This document shows, piece by piece, positions 47,453 through 58,726 of a DNA stretch of 64,000 nucleotides. This DNA comes from Candidatus Omnitrophota bacterium. GTDB lineage: Bacteria; Acidobacteriota; Aminicenantia; UBA2199. Each line of letters opens with the position of its first letter. Position 1 is the first letter of the stretch. The translations under genes and the position numbers were made by a program. The stretch is taken from NCBI GenBank assembly GCA_050258455.1, contig JBLMYT010000093.1, positions 42,633 through 106,632 of the forward strand, in the 5' to 3' direction. The notes under the pieces were generated by a model, which was given only the letters and a program-made list of their open reading frames with translations, was not told where the DNA came from and did no database searches.

Positions 47453-47779
47453 TTATTGATTGAACTCGATTTTGTCGATTTGAATCCGGTGCAGTCTCTG
47501 TCGGTGACCCCGGGTACGTTTGTATTGTTTTTTCGATTCTTTCTTGAAAATCATCACTTTGTCGGCTTTGATTTCTTCAAGAACGGAAGCCCTGATTTTG
47601 GCGTTAGCCACAAACGGCTGACCAATGTGAAGCTCTTGATTCTTTAACAACAGGACACTATCAAAATCCACTTTTTTGTCTTCAGAGATTTTATCTTCTT
47701 TCAACAACTCAACTTCGAGTACGTCGCCTTCTTCTACTCTATATTGCTTGCTGCCAGTTTCGAGAATTGCATACATCAT
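47453..47779 (-). CDS. rplU: 50S ribosomal protein L21
   Basis: MYAI.ETGSKQYRV..GD, GHRQ. Confidence 0.97.
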   Translation of the reverse strand: MMYAILETGSKQYRVEEGDVLEVELLKEDKISEDKKVDFDSVLLLKNQELHIGQPFVANAKIRASVLEEIKADKVMIFKKESKKQYKRTRGHRQRLHRIQIDKIEFNQ

Positions 47780-47807
47780 ATTTTCTCCTTGTCTATACTT
47801 AGCCTGT

Positions 47808-47836
47808 TTTATATCATAAAATAATCGTTAAGTCAA
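47808..47836 (-). promoter_or_regulatory. Sigma70 promoter of the rplU operon
   Basis: TTGACT-17bp-TATAAA with extended TG; AGGAG RBS downstream. Confidence 0.6.
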
Positions 47837-47911
47837 CCGTATGGCCATACGGTATTAACAAAAAAAATGCGAACCGCTGGTAATATTTCATAAATCTGAT
47901 AAAATTAAATC

Positions 47912-48601
47912 ATGAGAATTTTCATGCTTCAGGAAAAACCGATATTTCCGCCTCCCGAACTGGCCGGGCCGGATGGACTCATTGCCATCGGCGGGGATCT
48001 ATCGCCCGAACGCCTGCTCAATGCCTATGCCTCCGGGATCTTTCCCTGGTTTAACGAGGGCGATCCCCTGCTGTGGTGGTCGCCGGATCCCAGACTGGTG
48101 CTCGTGCCCGGAGAACTCCATATCTCCCGCACCATGCAAAAATTATTGAACCGCCACGCGTTCCGGGTAACGGTGGATACCCATTTTCGCGAGGTCATGG
48201 AAAACTGCCGCGACCTCCGGGAAGCGGAGCCCGGGACCTGGATTACCTCGCCGATGATCGACGCGTACGCGCGACTGCACGATCTGGGATTTGCCCATTC
48301 CGTGGAAGCCTGGCAGGAGGATCAACTGGCGGGCGGCCTCTATGGCGTGTCGCTGGGGCGGTGCTTCTTCGGCGAATCCATGTTTTTCAACGTCCCCAAC
48401 GCCTCCAAATATGCCTTTATCACCTTTGCCCAAAAAATCTTCGACCACGGCTTTCGCTTCATCGATTGCCAGGTCCCGACCACCCATCTGGCCAGCCTCG
48501 GCGCTCGAGAAGTCACTCGCAAAACCTTTCTCAAAATGTTAAAAAAAGCACTGAAACATGAAACGCTCATTGGAAAATGGAACTTTTTGAATGAAGAGTA
48601 A
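47912..48601 (+). CDS. aat: Leucyl/phenylalanyl-tRNA-protein transferase
   Basis: GGDLSPERLL.AY..GIFPW, WWSPDPR, AHSVE, GGLYG, FFGESMF, IDCQ. Confidence 0.96.
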   Translation: MRIFMLQEKPIFPPPELAGPDGLIAIGGDLSPERLLNAYASGIFPWFNEGDPLLWWSPDPRLVLVPGELHISRTMQKLLNRHAFRVTVDTHFREVMENCRDLREAEPGTWITSPMIDAYARLHDLGFAHSVEAWQEDQLAGGLYGVSLGRCFFGESMFFNVPNASKYAFITFAQKIFDHGFRFIDCQVPTTHLASLGAREVTRKTFLKMLKKALKHETLIGKWNFLNEE

Positions 48602-48669
48602 AAATTTTTTACGTAGATCCCGGCGGCTACATTGCAATTATTAACGGTTTCTGATACTATATATATCTG

Positions 48670-49929
48670 ATGAATAAGATACGCTTGATTTTTATAGTTG
48701 CGATTATTGCTGTAGCATCAATCTCTTTTCTGTGGGTGAACTCTGTCCGGGTACCGATGAATGCGAAATTATTCGATATTTCGGAATTTAAAATTACGCA
48801 GATTTCAGGAAATGGTCGGGTTTATGTCGATGATCAGCCGATGGACGGGCGTCCTTTAAACGGATTCAAAGCCGTTGATCTTCGCCAATTGGAATTTTCG
48901 AGACGGACCCATTACTTTCGATCCGATGACCATACCGCATTCGAATTCTATTACGCCGGCAGCGCATTTACCGTGCTCCCGGATTCAACTCTCGCCTTTA
49001 ATCCGAAAACCGGCGAAACCTGTTTGTTCTCGGGCGAATACCATTGGGATGAACGCGTCAACGATAAAAGTGGCAAAAATGGCAAAAACGATAAAAACCG
49101 GAAACGGGCAACCCTCACGATCGCTTCGGCCAATGGCGCCCCGGGGGCGCAAACGCTGGTAATCTCCGGTTCGGGCCGCATCCGGATGAACGAGGGGGGG
49201 ATCGAAATTCGAAATTATCGGGGAACAGCAGTATTTGACACCGGCAGGCAGCGTTATGAGATCCGGGCCGATCAAGCCTTCATCGTCGCCATGTCCAAAA
49301 ACGGTAATAACGGTAATAACGGTAATAATGATAATCCGATTTTTTCCCGCCTCTTACCCATGCCCCGAACCATCGATCCGGTTCAAAAAATCGTTACCCT
49401 GACCCAATCGGACGACTCCGTGGTCCGGTTCGAGTGGAACGCCGTACCGGAGGCATCGCAATACGTGTTCCGGCTCTACTCGTCCGATTTGAAAGAAATG
49501 GTGTTGACGCAAAAGCAAATCGGTACCCATCACCTGGAAATGGATTTACTCTCTTTTGACGAAAAAGAATTTTACTGGGATGTGGCGGCCTTCGACCCGT
49601 CGACCCAAAACGAAGGTGCGCCGTCTGCCCTGGGCCATATCCGATTCACCGGCGCCCTGCTCGAGAAAAAGAGCGATCGCAAAGCACCGGCTCTGGTGAT
49701 CAACGATTTCACCGTGAATGGAAACCTCGTGCTGATCAAAGGCGAAGCGGATGTGAACTCCCAGCTCTATATCAACGGTCAGGTTCAGAAAATCGATCCG
49801 GAAGACGGCCAGTTTATCTGCTCCTTAACCCTCAAGTCCCTGGGGTATCAAAAAATCACGTTCCGACTCGTTTCCCCGTCCGGTGTGGAAACCAATCTGG
49901 CACGATATGTGACAATATCCGAAGAATGA
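48670..49929 (+). CDS. Membrane-anchored hypothetical protein (FecR-like and Ig/Fn3-like domains)
   Basis: N-terminal TM, beta-rich, FEWNAVPEA.QY and FYW.V.A Fn3-like motifs, NGN repeats. Confidence 0.55.
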   Translation: MNKIRLIFIVAIIAVASISFLWVNSVRVPMNAKLFDISEFKITQISGNGRVYVDDQPMDGRPLNGFKAVDLRQLEFSRRTHYFRSDDHTAFEFYYAGSAFTVLPDSTLAFNPKTGETCLFSGEYHWDERVNDKSGKNGKNDKNRKRATLTIASANGAPGAQTLVISGSGRIRMNEGGIEIRNYRGTAVFDTGRQRYEIRADQAFIVAMSKNGNNGNNGNNDNPIFSRLLPMPRTIDPVQKIVTLTQSDDSVVRFEWNAVPEASQYVFRLYSSDLKEMVLTQKQIGTHHLEMDLLSFDEKEFYWDVAAFDPSTQNEGAPSALGHIRFTGALLEKKSDRKAPALVINDFTVNGNLVLIKGEADVNSQLYINGQVQKIDPEDGQFICSLTLKSLGYQKITFRLVSPSGVETNLARYVTISEE

Positions 49930-49939
49930 AGAACAACGA

Positions 49940-50893
49940 ATGACCCTGAATGAATATAAAAAACGCAAGCCGGCGGTTGAGTTTCCGGTTTGCAATCCGT
50001 ACCGTTTTATCCTGAATCTCCAGACCAAAAACGATGTGCGTCAGGCACTCAAAACGTTTGTTTATGGCGTCTCTCCATGGATTACTATTCAATGTGCCAG
50101 ACTCATTTATCGGGTGGGAGCCACCCTGGAATCCCTGAATCTTACGAAGAATGGACTCACCTTGAAATCCTTACCCGAATACCTCTTCATTGAATTCCCG
50201 GACGAATGCGACTATAAGACCGTGAACCAGACGCTGGTCTTCTTTAAACGGTTTGACGGCGATTGCATTCAATTGGAAATCGATGGGGTGGAACCCGTCA
50301 GCGATACCCTGAATGCGCTTCCGGAACTGACGCAAATTTTTCTCAACCACCTGATCCTGCTGTTGCGGATAAAAAATTTCGAATACACCTCGTTTAAAGA
50401 CGATATCACCCTGGCCTACAACCAGAATTACCTGAAAGCCTTTATCCGGAATGAAATCGAGCGGTCCCGCCGATTTGCGTCCGTTTTTGCCATTGTCTTT
50501 TTCGATCTGGATAATTTGAAGGTGATCAACGATCAACACGGTCATCTCATCGGAACGGAAATTTTGAAAGAAGTGTCGGCAATCTTACGAAAGCATGTCC
50601 GGAAAGTCGATATGTTGTCCCGGTTTGGTGGGGATGAATTTGTGATCGTGCTGCTGCACGCCGATGCGCCCAAAGCCTTCGAGGTCTGCCTGCGCATCCG
50701 GAAAGCGTTAAATGATTATGAATTTTTAAAAAATCAGAATTTAAGCATTAAAACCACCGGAAGTTTTGGCATCTCCAGTTTCCCTGAGGATGGTCAATCG
50801 GTCGAAGAATTGATTCGCAAGGCCGATCGAGCGATGTACGATGTCAAACGCACCGGGAAAGATGGAATAAAAATATATGTAGGAGATTACTAA
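49940..50893 (+). CDS. Diguanylate cyclase (GGDEF)
   Basis: DLDNLK.IND.HGH..G, RKVD I-site, intact GGDEF. Confidence 0.9.
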   Translation: MTLNEYKKRKPAVEFPVCNPYRFILNLQTKNDVRQALKTFVYGVSPWITIQCARLIYRVGATLESLNLTKNGLTLKSLPEYLFIEFPDECDYKTVNQTLVFFKRFDGDCIQLEIDGVEPVSDTLNALPELTQIFLNHLILLLRIKNFEYTSFKDDITLAYNQNYLKAFIRNEIERSRRFASVFAIVFFDLDNLKVINDQHGHLIGTEILKEVSAILRKHVRKVDMLSRFGGDEFVIVLLHADAPKAFEVCLRIRKALNDYEFLKNQNLSIKTTGSFGISSFPEDGQSVEELIRKADRAMYDVKRTGKDGIKIYVGDY

Positions 50894-51924
50894 TGTCAAT
50901 TTTTTCGCGTGTTTATAATTACTTCAGCTCCGACCTTGCCATTGACCTGGGGACAGCCAATACCCTGGTTTATGCCAAGGGCAAGGGCGTTGTCATCCGA
51001 GAACCCTCAATCGTAGCAATTGAAAAGCATACAGGCAAGATACAGGCGGTCGGCAGTGTGGCCAAGGATATGTTGGGAAAAACTCCCGCCAATATCGTGG
51101 CGATTCGGCCGATGAAAGACGGTGTCATTGCCGATTTTGAAATCACCGAGAAGATGTTGGAATACTTTATTCGACGGACGCGGGGCGGGGGACACTTTTT
51201 AAAGCCCCGGATCGTCATCGGCGTGCCTTCGGAAATTACCCAGGTGGAACGTCGGGCCGTCAAAGATGCGGCGCTTCGCGCCCGGGCCAGCGAAGTCTTC
51301 CTGATCGAGCAGGCCATGGCCGCGGCCATTGGTGCCGAATTACCGATCACCGAAGCCGGCGGCAACATGATCGTGGACATTGGCGGCGGAACCACCGATG
51401 TGGCCGTGATCTCGCTCTCCGGAATCGTGATTTCCAAATCCATTCGCACGGCCAGTAATGAAATGGATGAAGCCATTATCCAATATATTAAAAAGAAGTA
51501 CAATCTCCTGATCGGCGAACGCACGTCCGAACAAATCAAAATTGAAATCGGTTCGGCCTATCCGTTGGACGAAAACCTGGAGATGGAAATCAAAGGCCGG
51601 GATCTGTCGCACGGGATTCCCAAAACCATTACCATCAATGACTCGGAAATCCGGGAAGCGCTCGAAGCCGTGGTTCATGCGATCGTGGAAGCGGTCAAAA
51701 ATACTCTGGAAAAAACGCCGCCGGAATTATCCGCCGATATCGTGGACCGGGGCATCATCCTTTCGGGCGGTGGGTCGCTGCTGCGAAACCTCGATAAGCG
51801 CCTGCGCGAAGAAACATCGCTTCCGGTTTTTATTTCGGATGACCCGCTTTCTTCCGTGGTTCTGGGGGCAGGAAAAATCCTGGATAATCTGGAACTCTTG
51901 CGAAAGGTCGGTCAAAATTATTAA
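50893..51924 (+). CDS. mreB: Rod shape-determining protein MreB
   Basis: [35 protein letters not shown]. Confidence 0.98.
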   Translation: MSIFSRVYNYFSSDLAIDLGTANTLVYAKGKGVVIREPSIVAIEKHTGKIQAVGSVAKDMLGKTPANIVAIRPMKDGVIADFEITEKMLEYFIRRTRGGGHFLKPRIVIGVPSEITQVERRAVKDAALRARASEVFLIEQAMAAAIGAELPITEAGGNMIVDIGGGTTDVAVISLSGIVISKSIRTASNEMDEAIIQYIKKKYNLLIGERTSEQIKIEIGSAYPLDENLEMEIKGRDLSHGIPKTITINDSEIREALEAVVHAIVEAVKNTLEKTPPELSADIVDRGIILSGGGSLLRNLDKRLREETSLPVFISDDPLSSVVLGAGKILDNLELLRKVGQNY

Positions 51925-51926
51925 CG

Positions 51927-52820
51927 ATGATTCCGGATCGTCTGCCCATTGAGCGAAAAATCATTATTGTCGTTGCCGTCCTGTTTTTAAATCTGATCCT
52001 GGTGTCGACCGGGGTCGTGCTGGAAAATGAAAAAACCATGTTTCAGAGTGTGGTGGGCGTGGTCGTTGCCCCGTTCCAGATCGGCTTTCAAAAAACCGTG
52101 GACTATCTGTCGTTTGAATGGCGTCACTACATTTTCCTGAAGGATAGTTTTGAAAAATATCAGGAACTGGAGAAAAAATACACGGAACTGATTTATAAAA
52201 ACTATCTGCTCAAAAAATCCATCACCGATCAGGAAGCGTTAAAGAGCATGCGGAGCCGACAGGCCAATTTCATCAAGGCGGACGTGATCTCCGTGGACAT
52301 GAATTTTCCGTTAAGCAGCGTGCTCATCGACAAAGGAACCCGGGATGGCATCAAAAAGGACATGATCGTCCTCAATGGCAAAGGCGAACTGGTGGGAAAG
52401 ATCGTGGAGCCCGTGTCGGTCTTTTCGTCGAAAGTCCGGTTGATTACCTCTTCGATCGGCGGTATCGGGGCTTATATCGATACCAACCGTCTGGAGGGAC
52501 TGTTAACCGGCAATAATACGGCCCTGTGCAACTTCAAGTATCTGATCGAGAACAATCCGGTCGATGTGGGCGCCGAGGTGATCACCTCCGGAACGGATAA
52601 AATTTTCCCGCCCTATATCCCCATTGGGAAAGTGGTGAACGTGCAAAAAGACAACTTTACGCAGAAGATTCGGATTGAACCGTTTTTTATCAAAAATTCC
52701 ATCAAGCAATTGTTCGTGATCCAAAACTACCTGCCGCCCATTTCCAGTTATCAGTACATGAACAGTGACTTGCCGCCGTCGCTGATCCATAACCGGTCGT
52801 TCATCCCGGATAATTCGTAA
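51927..52820 (+). CDS. mreC: Rod shape-determining protein MreC
   Basis: TM plus coiled coil, IDKGTRDGI, TSG.D.IFP..IPIG; follows mreB. Confidence 0.92.
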   Translation: MIPDRLPIERKIIIVVAVLFLNLILVSTGVVLENEKTMFQSVVGVVVAPFQIGFQKTVDYLSFEWRHYIFLKDSFEKYQELEKKYTELIYKNYLLKKSITDQEALKSMRSRQANFIKADVISVDMNFPLSSVLIDKGTRDGIKKDMIVLNGKGELVGKIVEPVSVFSSKVRLITSSIGGIGAYIDTNRLEGLLTGNNTALCNFKYLIENNPVDVGAEVITSGTDKIFPPYIPIGKVVNVQKDNFTQKIRIEPFFIKNSIKQLFVIQNYLPPISSYQYMNSDLPPSLIHNRSFIPDNS

Positions 52821-52863
52821 TCGGGGTGATTATCATCATTATCCTATATTATCATATATCATC

Positions 52864-53340
52864 ATGAAAAATCGTTTTAAGGTTTTAGTCTTCATTCTGT
52901 TGGTCCTGGGGCAGGTGGTGCTTCACCGTTACGTGCATCAACCGTCACCGATAAGCCTGGATTTGCTTTATTTGATCCTGGTGTATGTCAGTATCATGTC
53001 GACGTTTTACAAGACGATTGCGTCGGCGTGTGCCGTGGGTTTGGTTTTGGATTACTTTAGCGGGAATATCATGGGGGTATTTGGTTTTTCCCGGACGATT
53101 TCGGCGTTTTTACTGCATGAAATCTCGCGGCGCATCGATTTGAAAAACAACATCTTTGTCTTTTTAATGATTTCGGTCTCGCTGTTGTTGTCCAATGTCA
53201 TTGCCAATGTTTTTCTATATTTCATTTTGGGGTTCTCGTTTAATATCGGTTTAGTCGTCTATCAACCGCTACTCACCGGTGCGTTGGGCATTGCGATTGC
53301 CGGTTCGACGCGGGCCAAGGTGTATCTCGATGTATATTGA
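52864..53340 (+). CDS. mreD: Rod shape-determining protein MreD
   Basis: Small and hydrophobic, GL.LD.FSG...G; located between mreC and mrdA. Confidence 0.85.
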   Translation: MKNRFKVLVFILLVLGQVVLHRYVHQPSPISLDLLYLILVYVSIMSTFYKTIASACAVGLVLDYFSGNIMGVFGFSRTISAFLLHEISRRIDLKNNIFVFLMISVSLLLSNVIANVFLYFILGFSFNIGLVVYQPLLTGALGIAIAGSTRAKVYLDVY

Positions 53341-55138
53341 AAAACAAAAGTTAGCCAAGCAGGAAATTCGGCGGATGTCCTTTACCGCTAATGTGGTGTT
53401 AACGGTTTTATTCGTCATCTTAATCTTTTCGTTCTGGAGTGCGCAGGTATTAAAGACGCGGTATTATTCGACCCTGGCCACGCAGAATATCATCAAAGAC
53501 ATTGAGATGAAAGCGCCCCGGGGGTTTATCCTGGACCGCTACCACAACCGGCTGGCGGAAAACAAATTAAATTTTACGCTCTTTCTGGTTCGGGAAAACA
53601 GTAAGATCATGCCTCGAACAATCGAAACCGCGGCGTCACTGATCGGAAAGAGCAAAGAGGATATCCAGAAAAAGATCGATAAGTATAAAAACCATCCGGA
53701 ATCGTTTATGATTCCGCTGGAAAAGAATCTGCCGATGCAGAAGGTCATCTACATCGAGAGTCGCTCGGACGAATACCCGGAGTTCAAGGTGGAGATCGAA
53801 CCGGCGCGGGCGTACCCGTATCGGGATGTGGCGTCTCATATCCTGGGGTACATTTCCGAATTGACCTCCGAGGAATTGGCGGAGCGAAAAAAAGAAAAGT
53901 ACACGCTGGGGGATGTATCGGGAAAAAGCGGGATCGAAAAACAATATGAGTCGATTCTGAAAGGCAACAAAGGCGTGCAATCCGTGGCCCGAGATAACCA
54001 GGGCCGGATCCGGGAGGTCATTAGCGAACGAAAATCCTCGATCGGCAATTCCGTGGTCCTGACCCTCGATGTCGAATTGCAAAAATTTGTCGAAGAGACC
54101 TTCAAGGAGTATAACGGTACGGTGGGCATCGTCGAATTAAAAACCGGCGATATCCTGTCTCTGGTCAGTACGCCCAATTTTTACCCGGAATTCTTTTCCG
54201 GGGTTCTGGAACCGGAAGAATGGCAGGCCCTGGTCAATGACCCGGATAAACCGTTGAACAATAAAATCCTGCAAGGGTTGTATTCGCCCGGATCGATTTT
54301 TAAAATCGTCGTGGCGTTGGCCGGTTTGCAGGAACAGGTCATCGATGCCCATACGGTTTCGCAATGCAGCGGATCGGTTAAAATTTACGACCGGAACTTC
54401 CACTGCTGGATGAGCGGCGGTCATGGACCGTTAACCGTGGTCGATGCCATCAAAAATTCCTGCAACATCTTCTTTTACCGGGTAGGCAAGCGCCTGGATA
54501 TCGACGATATCGCCAAATATGCCAAACTCCTTGGCCTGGGGGATCGCACGGGCATCGATTTGCCCAATGAGAAACGAGGACTCATTCCCTCCAAACAGTG
54601 GAAACTGAACACCTTGAATCAGAAATGGTTTCCCGGTGAGACCATTTCCGTTGCCATCGGCGGCGGGATGCTCAACATTACCCCCATTCAAGCCCTGCAG
54701 ATGATCAGTACCGTGGCCCTGCGAGGGATGCGCCCCAGGTTGCATCTCTTGAAAGCCATTGAAAAAGACGGGGCCGTGGTCAAAAAGTTTGAACCCGAAT
54801 TCACCAAGATTCCTATCGATAAAGAAAATTTTGAAATTGTGATCGAAGGGCTTTACCGCGTGGTTAATGGGGGCGGAACCGGCGGAGCCGCCCGGGTTCC
54901 GGGGATCGATATCTGCGGAAAGACCGGAACCCAGCAGGTCATTTCCAAGGAAAACCCCAATTACAAAAAGCTGGTCAACAAGGTCAAACGCTTAAAACCC
55001 CATTCCTGGTTTGTGTCCTTTGCACCCAGAGAGAACCCGCAGTATGCGATGGTCATCTTTGTGGAAAACGGAGGCGATGCCGGTTCGGTGGCTGCGCCTT
55101 TGGCTTCAACCATTTATAAACGACTGTTTAAGAAATGA
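53330..55138 (+). CDS. mrdA: Penicillin-binding protein 2
   Basis: APRG.I.DR, GKSGIE, SIFK (SxxK), SCN, KTG; start taken at ATG 53330. Confidence 0.95.
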   Translation: MYIEKQKLAKQEIRRMSFTANVVLTVLFVILIFSFWSAQVLKTRYYSTLATQNIIKDIEMKAPRGFILDRYHNRLAENKLNFTLFLVRENSKIMPRTIETAASLIGKSKEDIQKKIDKYKNHPESFMIPLEKNLPMQKVIYIESRSDEYPEFKVEIEPARAYPYRDVASHILGYISELTSEELAERKKEKYTLGDVSGKSGIEKQYESILKGNKGVQSVARDNQGRIREVISERKSSIGNSVVLTLDVELQKFVEETFKEYNGTVGIVELKTGDILSLVSTPNFYPEFFSGVLEPEEWQALVNDPDKPLNNKILQGLYSPGSIFKIVVALAGLQEQVIDAHTVSQCSGSVKIYDRNFHCWMSGGHGPLTVVDAIKNSCNIFFYRVGKRLDIDDIAKYAKLLGLGDRTGIDLPNEKRGLIPSKQWKLNTLNQKWFPGETISVAIGGGMLNITPIQALQMISTVALRGMRPRLHLLKAIEKDGAVVKKFEPEFTKIPIDKENFEIVIEGLYRVVNGGGTGGAARVPGIDICGKTGTQQVISKENPNYKKLVNKVKRLKPHSWFVSFAPRENPQYAMVIFVENGGDAGSVAAPLASTIYKRLFKK

Positions 55139-56211
55139 GAGACGTTTACAAGTATTTCGATAAATCCACCTTCCTGACCTTGCTCGCGCTTTCGCTGATG
55201 GGGGTGCTGTTGATTTACAGTGCCTCGCGGGGAATGAATCATCCGTATTGGAGTAAACAATTGTTATGGCTCGGAGTTTCGGTTCTTGCTTTTTTTCTGT
55301 TTTTCCGGGTCAAATTCGAGCAGGCGTTGCGGTTTTGCTTTTTCTTTTATGTGATCCTCAACTCCGCGCTTTTTTTACAGTTTGTGACCGGGGAGCTGGT
55401 GGCCAACACCAAAAGCTGGATCAAGATGGGTTTTTTTTCGATTCAAATCTCCGAATTCATCAAAATACCGCTGGCCCTTTTCCTGGCCCGCACCCTGGCT
55501 CGGTTTTCCACCATCGGATGGAAGGAGTACCTCAAGCTGATCGCGGCCATTGGGGTCCCGTTCCTCTTCATTGCCATTCAGCCGGACCTGGGGACCGCCT
55601 TTATGCTGGCGTCGTTTTTTTTGACCTCCATTTTCCTGAGACGGACCCGAATGGTCTTTATTATCATCATCCTGGTTTCGGCTGTGGTCGGATCGTTTGT
55701 CGGATGGAACTACGTGCTCAAACCGTACCAGCGGGAGCGGGTGATCTCGTTTTTGAATCCGGAAGAGCATAAAAAAACCTCCGGTTATCAAATCATTCAA
55801 TCAAAAATTGCCATCGGATCCGGGGGGCTGACCGGAAAGGGATACCTCAATGGCACTCAATCGCAGTATAAATTTCTCCCCACGCGTCATACGGACTTTA
55901 TTGTCTCGGTTCTGGGAGAAGAATTCGGGTTTATGGGAATCAGTGTCCTGTTGATGTTGTTTTTTACCCTGTTTTACCGACAATTTAATTTCAAAGTTCA
56001 ATCGGACGAAGAATTTTATTTCATCTATCTATTCAACACCCTTCTGCTCTTTCAATTCCTGATCAACATCCTGATGACGATCGGGTTTGTTCCGATCATG
56101 GGGGTACCCATGCCGTTTGTGTCTTACGGGGGATCCTCTTTGCTGGCGTTTTTCATCGGCGAAGCGTTAATCTTTCGGATCAAGATCAGCAGTTATTTGA
56201 ACGAATTTTAA
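55135..56211 (+). CDS. rodA: Rod shape-determining protein RodA (SEDS)
   Basis: QPDLGTA, GYQ..QS.IAIGSGG, HTDFI, PFVSYGGSS. Confidence 0.95.
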   Translation: MRDVYKYFDKSTFLTLLALSLMGVLLIYSASRGMNHPYWSKQLLWLGVSVLAFFLFFRVKFEQALRFCFFFYVILNSALFLQFVTGELVANTKSWIKMGFFSIQISEFIKIPLALFLARTLARFSTIGWKEYLKLIAAIGVPFLFIAIQPDLGTAFMLASFFLTSIFLRRTRMVFIIIILVSAVVGSFVGWNYVLKPYQRERVISFLNPEEHKKTSGYQIIQSKIAIGSGGLTGKGYLNGTQSQYKFLPTRHTDFIVSVLGEEFGFMGISVLLMLFFTLFYRQFNFKVQSDEEFYFIYLFNTLLLFQFLINILMTIGFVPIMGVPMPFVSYGGSSLLAFFIGEALIFRIKISSYLNEF

Positions 56212-56248
56212 AACGTTTAAAAATTTTAGCGAGGAACAATAACCGCGA

Positions 56249-58726
56249 ATGACCATAAATGAGTTAAATGAGTTAAATGATTTTATCTCCAAATTGGAAA
56301 ATCCCCAGATTTACACGGGGCAAGAGATCAATGCCGTTCGGAAAAATCTCGAAAACCGGGACGATTTTATCCATGTGTGCTTGGTGTTTCCGGATAAATA
56401 TGAAATCGGCATGAGCCACTATGGGCTGGTGGTGTTGTATCATTGGCTCAACCGGATGCCCGGGGTCAATGCCGAACGGTGTTTTCTGCCGGACCGGGGC
56501 TCGATCGAGACTTTTAAAGCCCACGGCATGAAATTATTTTCGTTGGAAAACAAAGTCCCCCTGGACCAATTCGATATCATTGCTTTTTCGATCATGAGTG
56601 AGATGAATTATACCAATATTTTCCAGGTGCTGGAATTGGCCGGGATTCCGTTTCGCTCGGCCGAACGCAGCCTGGCGCATCCGTTTCCGCTGGTGATGGC
56701 CGGGGGAATTTCCACCGTCAATCCCGAACCGTTGCGAGAGTTTGTCGATGCGTTCGGAATTGGCGATGGGGAAGCGCTTTTTCCCGATATCATTGCCGCG
56801 GTTTCCGACGTGAAAGAGAAACGCAAAACCCGGCAGGCGTTGTTGGAAGCGCTCGACCGAATCGAGGGCGTTTACGTGCCGGCGTTGTATCCCCTGGTCA
56901 AACGGGGGCGGTTTTATACCCCGGATATGGCGCCCGGAAAAATCAAGCGGCGGGTTTTGGCTTCGCTTGACGGTACTTTTCCGGATGATCGGCTGATCAC
57001 CCCGATCACCAATATTGTCTTTAACCGGTTGAATGTGGAAATCGCGCGGGGATGCCCGCAGCGGTGCCGGTTTTGTCAGGCCAAATCCTATTATGCGCCG
57101 TATCGCCCCCGTCCTCTGGAGGAGAATATCCGGCATATCAAAGAGGGGTTAAGAAAAACCGGTTTTGAAACCTTTTCGCTTTCGACCTTGAGTGCCGGGG
57201 ATTATCCGCAATTGAATGAATTATTGGAACTCATTCCCGATATATTGGCGTTAGGACCCGGGGTTAATTTTTCCCTTTCCTCGATGCGTCCGTCCACGCT
57301 GTCTCATCACCTCTTATCGACCATTGCCCTGTACAAGCGCACGGGTATTACGATTGTTCCGGAAGCCGGAACGCAGCGCCTGCGCAATGTGATCAACAAG
57401 AATGTCACGGATGAGGAGATCTTTCAGGCCGTGGAACTGGCATTGAAAAACCGGTGGCAGAAGATCAAGCTCTATTTCATGCTGGGGCTTCCCACGGAAA
57501 CCATGGCGGATATCGAGGGAATTGTTCGGCTGATGCGTCAAATGATGGACATGTCCCGCAGTGCCCGGCAGAAGATTCGAATCAATGCCTCGTTTTCTCC
57601 GTTTGTTCCCAAGCCGCAGACGCCTCTTCAGTGGGCGTCGGGTGAGAACCGGGATCATATTTACGAGAGTATCCGGTATTTGAAACATGAAATGCATCCG
57701 TTTCTCAAATCCGAAATCATGGAATTCGATTTTCATGTGCCCAACAATGCCGTCATTGAAACGTTGATAGCCCGGGGCGATGTCCGGGTCGGGGAGCTCT
57801 TGCTTAAAGCCTATGAGCGCGGGGAGATCTTTTCGGCCTGGGGAACGGATTTTCATTATTCGGTTTGGGCCGATCTGCTGAGCCCTGAGGATGACATCTT
57901 TTTAAAGGAATTAGCCGTGGATGAGCCGCTGCCCTGGGATTTTTTGCAGGTGAATTATTATTCGGATCATCTCAAGCAGGAATATCAAAAGGCGCTTCAG
58001 GCCGAAGCCACGCCGTCGTGCGATCAAACGGATTGCGGGACTTGCGGCGGGTGTCGGAGCAAACAAAAGCGGTCGGGATCCGGAGCGGATGCCCCGATCC
58101 TGGAGGAGTTAACACAGGAGATCCGGTCGATGAAAGCGGCCATTCCCGATCCCATGCCGTTTCGCAAAGTCCGGCTGGTTTATGAGAAAACCGGTTCATT
58201 TACTTTCTTTTCGCATCTGGCCATGATGCAGTACATCGAGCGGCTGATCCGGGGAACCGGCATTTTCTTTCGATGCACCGAAGGGTTTACCCCGCGAATC
58301 AAGATGCAATCGCTGCCGCCGCTGCCGGTATTTGCGGCCGGACTTGAAGAAATCGTGGAACTGTACATGGAGGCGTCGTTGAGTGATGCGGAAATCCTGG
58401 ACCGGCTCAATGCCGGGGCCGAACCGCAGGGGTTTCGCTTTCAGGCGGTTATCGGATGCCCGGACGATAAAAAATTATCTCGAGATGTTCATTTCCTCGG
58501 CTATGAGATCGTCGTCGATGATCCGGAGGCGTTTCGGGATCGAATCGCCGAACACCTGGCGGAAACCGATTCGGTGGCGTATGGACCGGATCGGATCACG
58601 TTGCGAATCGATTATTTAACGCAGGGTCAGGAACGGTTTGCCCGAATTTATAAACTCATTGATCCGGACAAACAACGGACGATGAATCTGACCCGGACGC
58701 ATGTGGAATTTAAGGGCAGCGCATGA
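56249..58726 (+). CDS. TIGR03960-type B12-binding radical SAM protein fused to a TIGR03936/DUF2344 domain
   Basis: FPDKYEIGMS, EIARGCPQRCRFCQA, PEAGTQRLR..INK, KLYFMLGLP, C-terminal FSHL....R...EGFTP. Confidence 0.88.
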   Translation: MTINELNELNDFISKLENPQIYTGQEINAVRKNLENRDDFIHVCLVFPDKYEIGMSHYGLVVLYHWLNRMPGVNAERCFLPDRGSIETFKAHGMKLFSLENKVPLDQFDIIAFSIMSEMNYTNIFQVLELAGIPFRSAERSLAHPFPLVMAGGISTVNPEPLREFVDAFGIGDGEALFPDIIAAVSDVKEKRKTRQALLEALDRIEGVYVPALYPLVKRGRFYTPDMAPGKIKRRVLASLDGTFPDDRLITPITNIVFNRLNVEIARGCPQRCRFCQAKSYYAPYRPRPLEENIRHIKEGLRKTGFETFSLSTLSAGDYPQLNELLELIPDILALGPGVNFSLSSMRPSTLSHHLLSTIALYKRTGITIVPEAGTQRLRNVINKNVTDEEIFQAVELALKNRWQKIKLYFMLGLPTETMADIEGIVRLMRQMMDMSRSARQKIRINASFSPFVPKPQTPLQWASGENRDHIYESIRYLKHEMHPFLKSEIMEFDFHVPNNAVIETLIARGDVRVGELLLKAYERGEIFSAWGTDFHYSVWADLLSPEDDIFLKELAVDEPLPWDFLQVNYYSDHLKQEYQKALQAEATPSCDQTDCGTCGGCRSKQKRSGSGADAPILEELTQEIRSMKAAIPDPMPFRKVRLVYEKTGSFTFFSHLAMMQYIERLIRGTGIFFRCTEGFTPRIKMQSLPPLPVFAAGLEEIVELYMEASLSDAEILDRLNAGAEPQGFRFQAVIGCPDDKKLSRDVHFLGYEIVVDDPEAFRDRIAEHLAETDSVAYGPDRITLRIDYLTQGQERFARIYKLIDPDKQRTMNLTRTHVEFKGSA

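Noticed and set aside
56249-58726. Third radical SAM as part of the RiPP system
   Set aside because: It is a TIGR03960/TIGR03936-type protein commonly found after rodA, with no SPASM domain or precursor.
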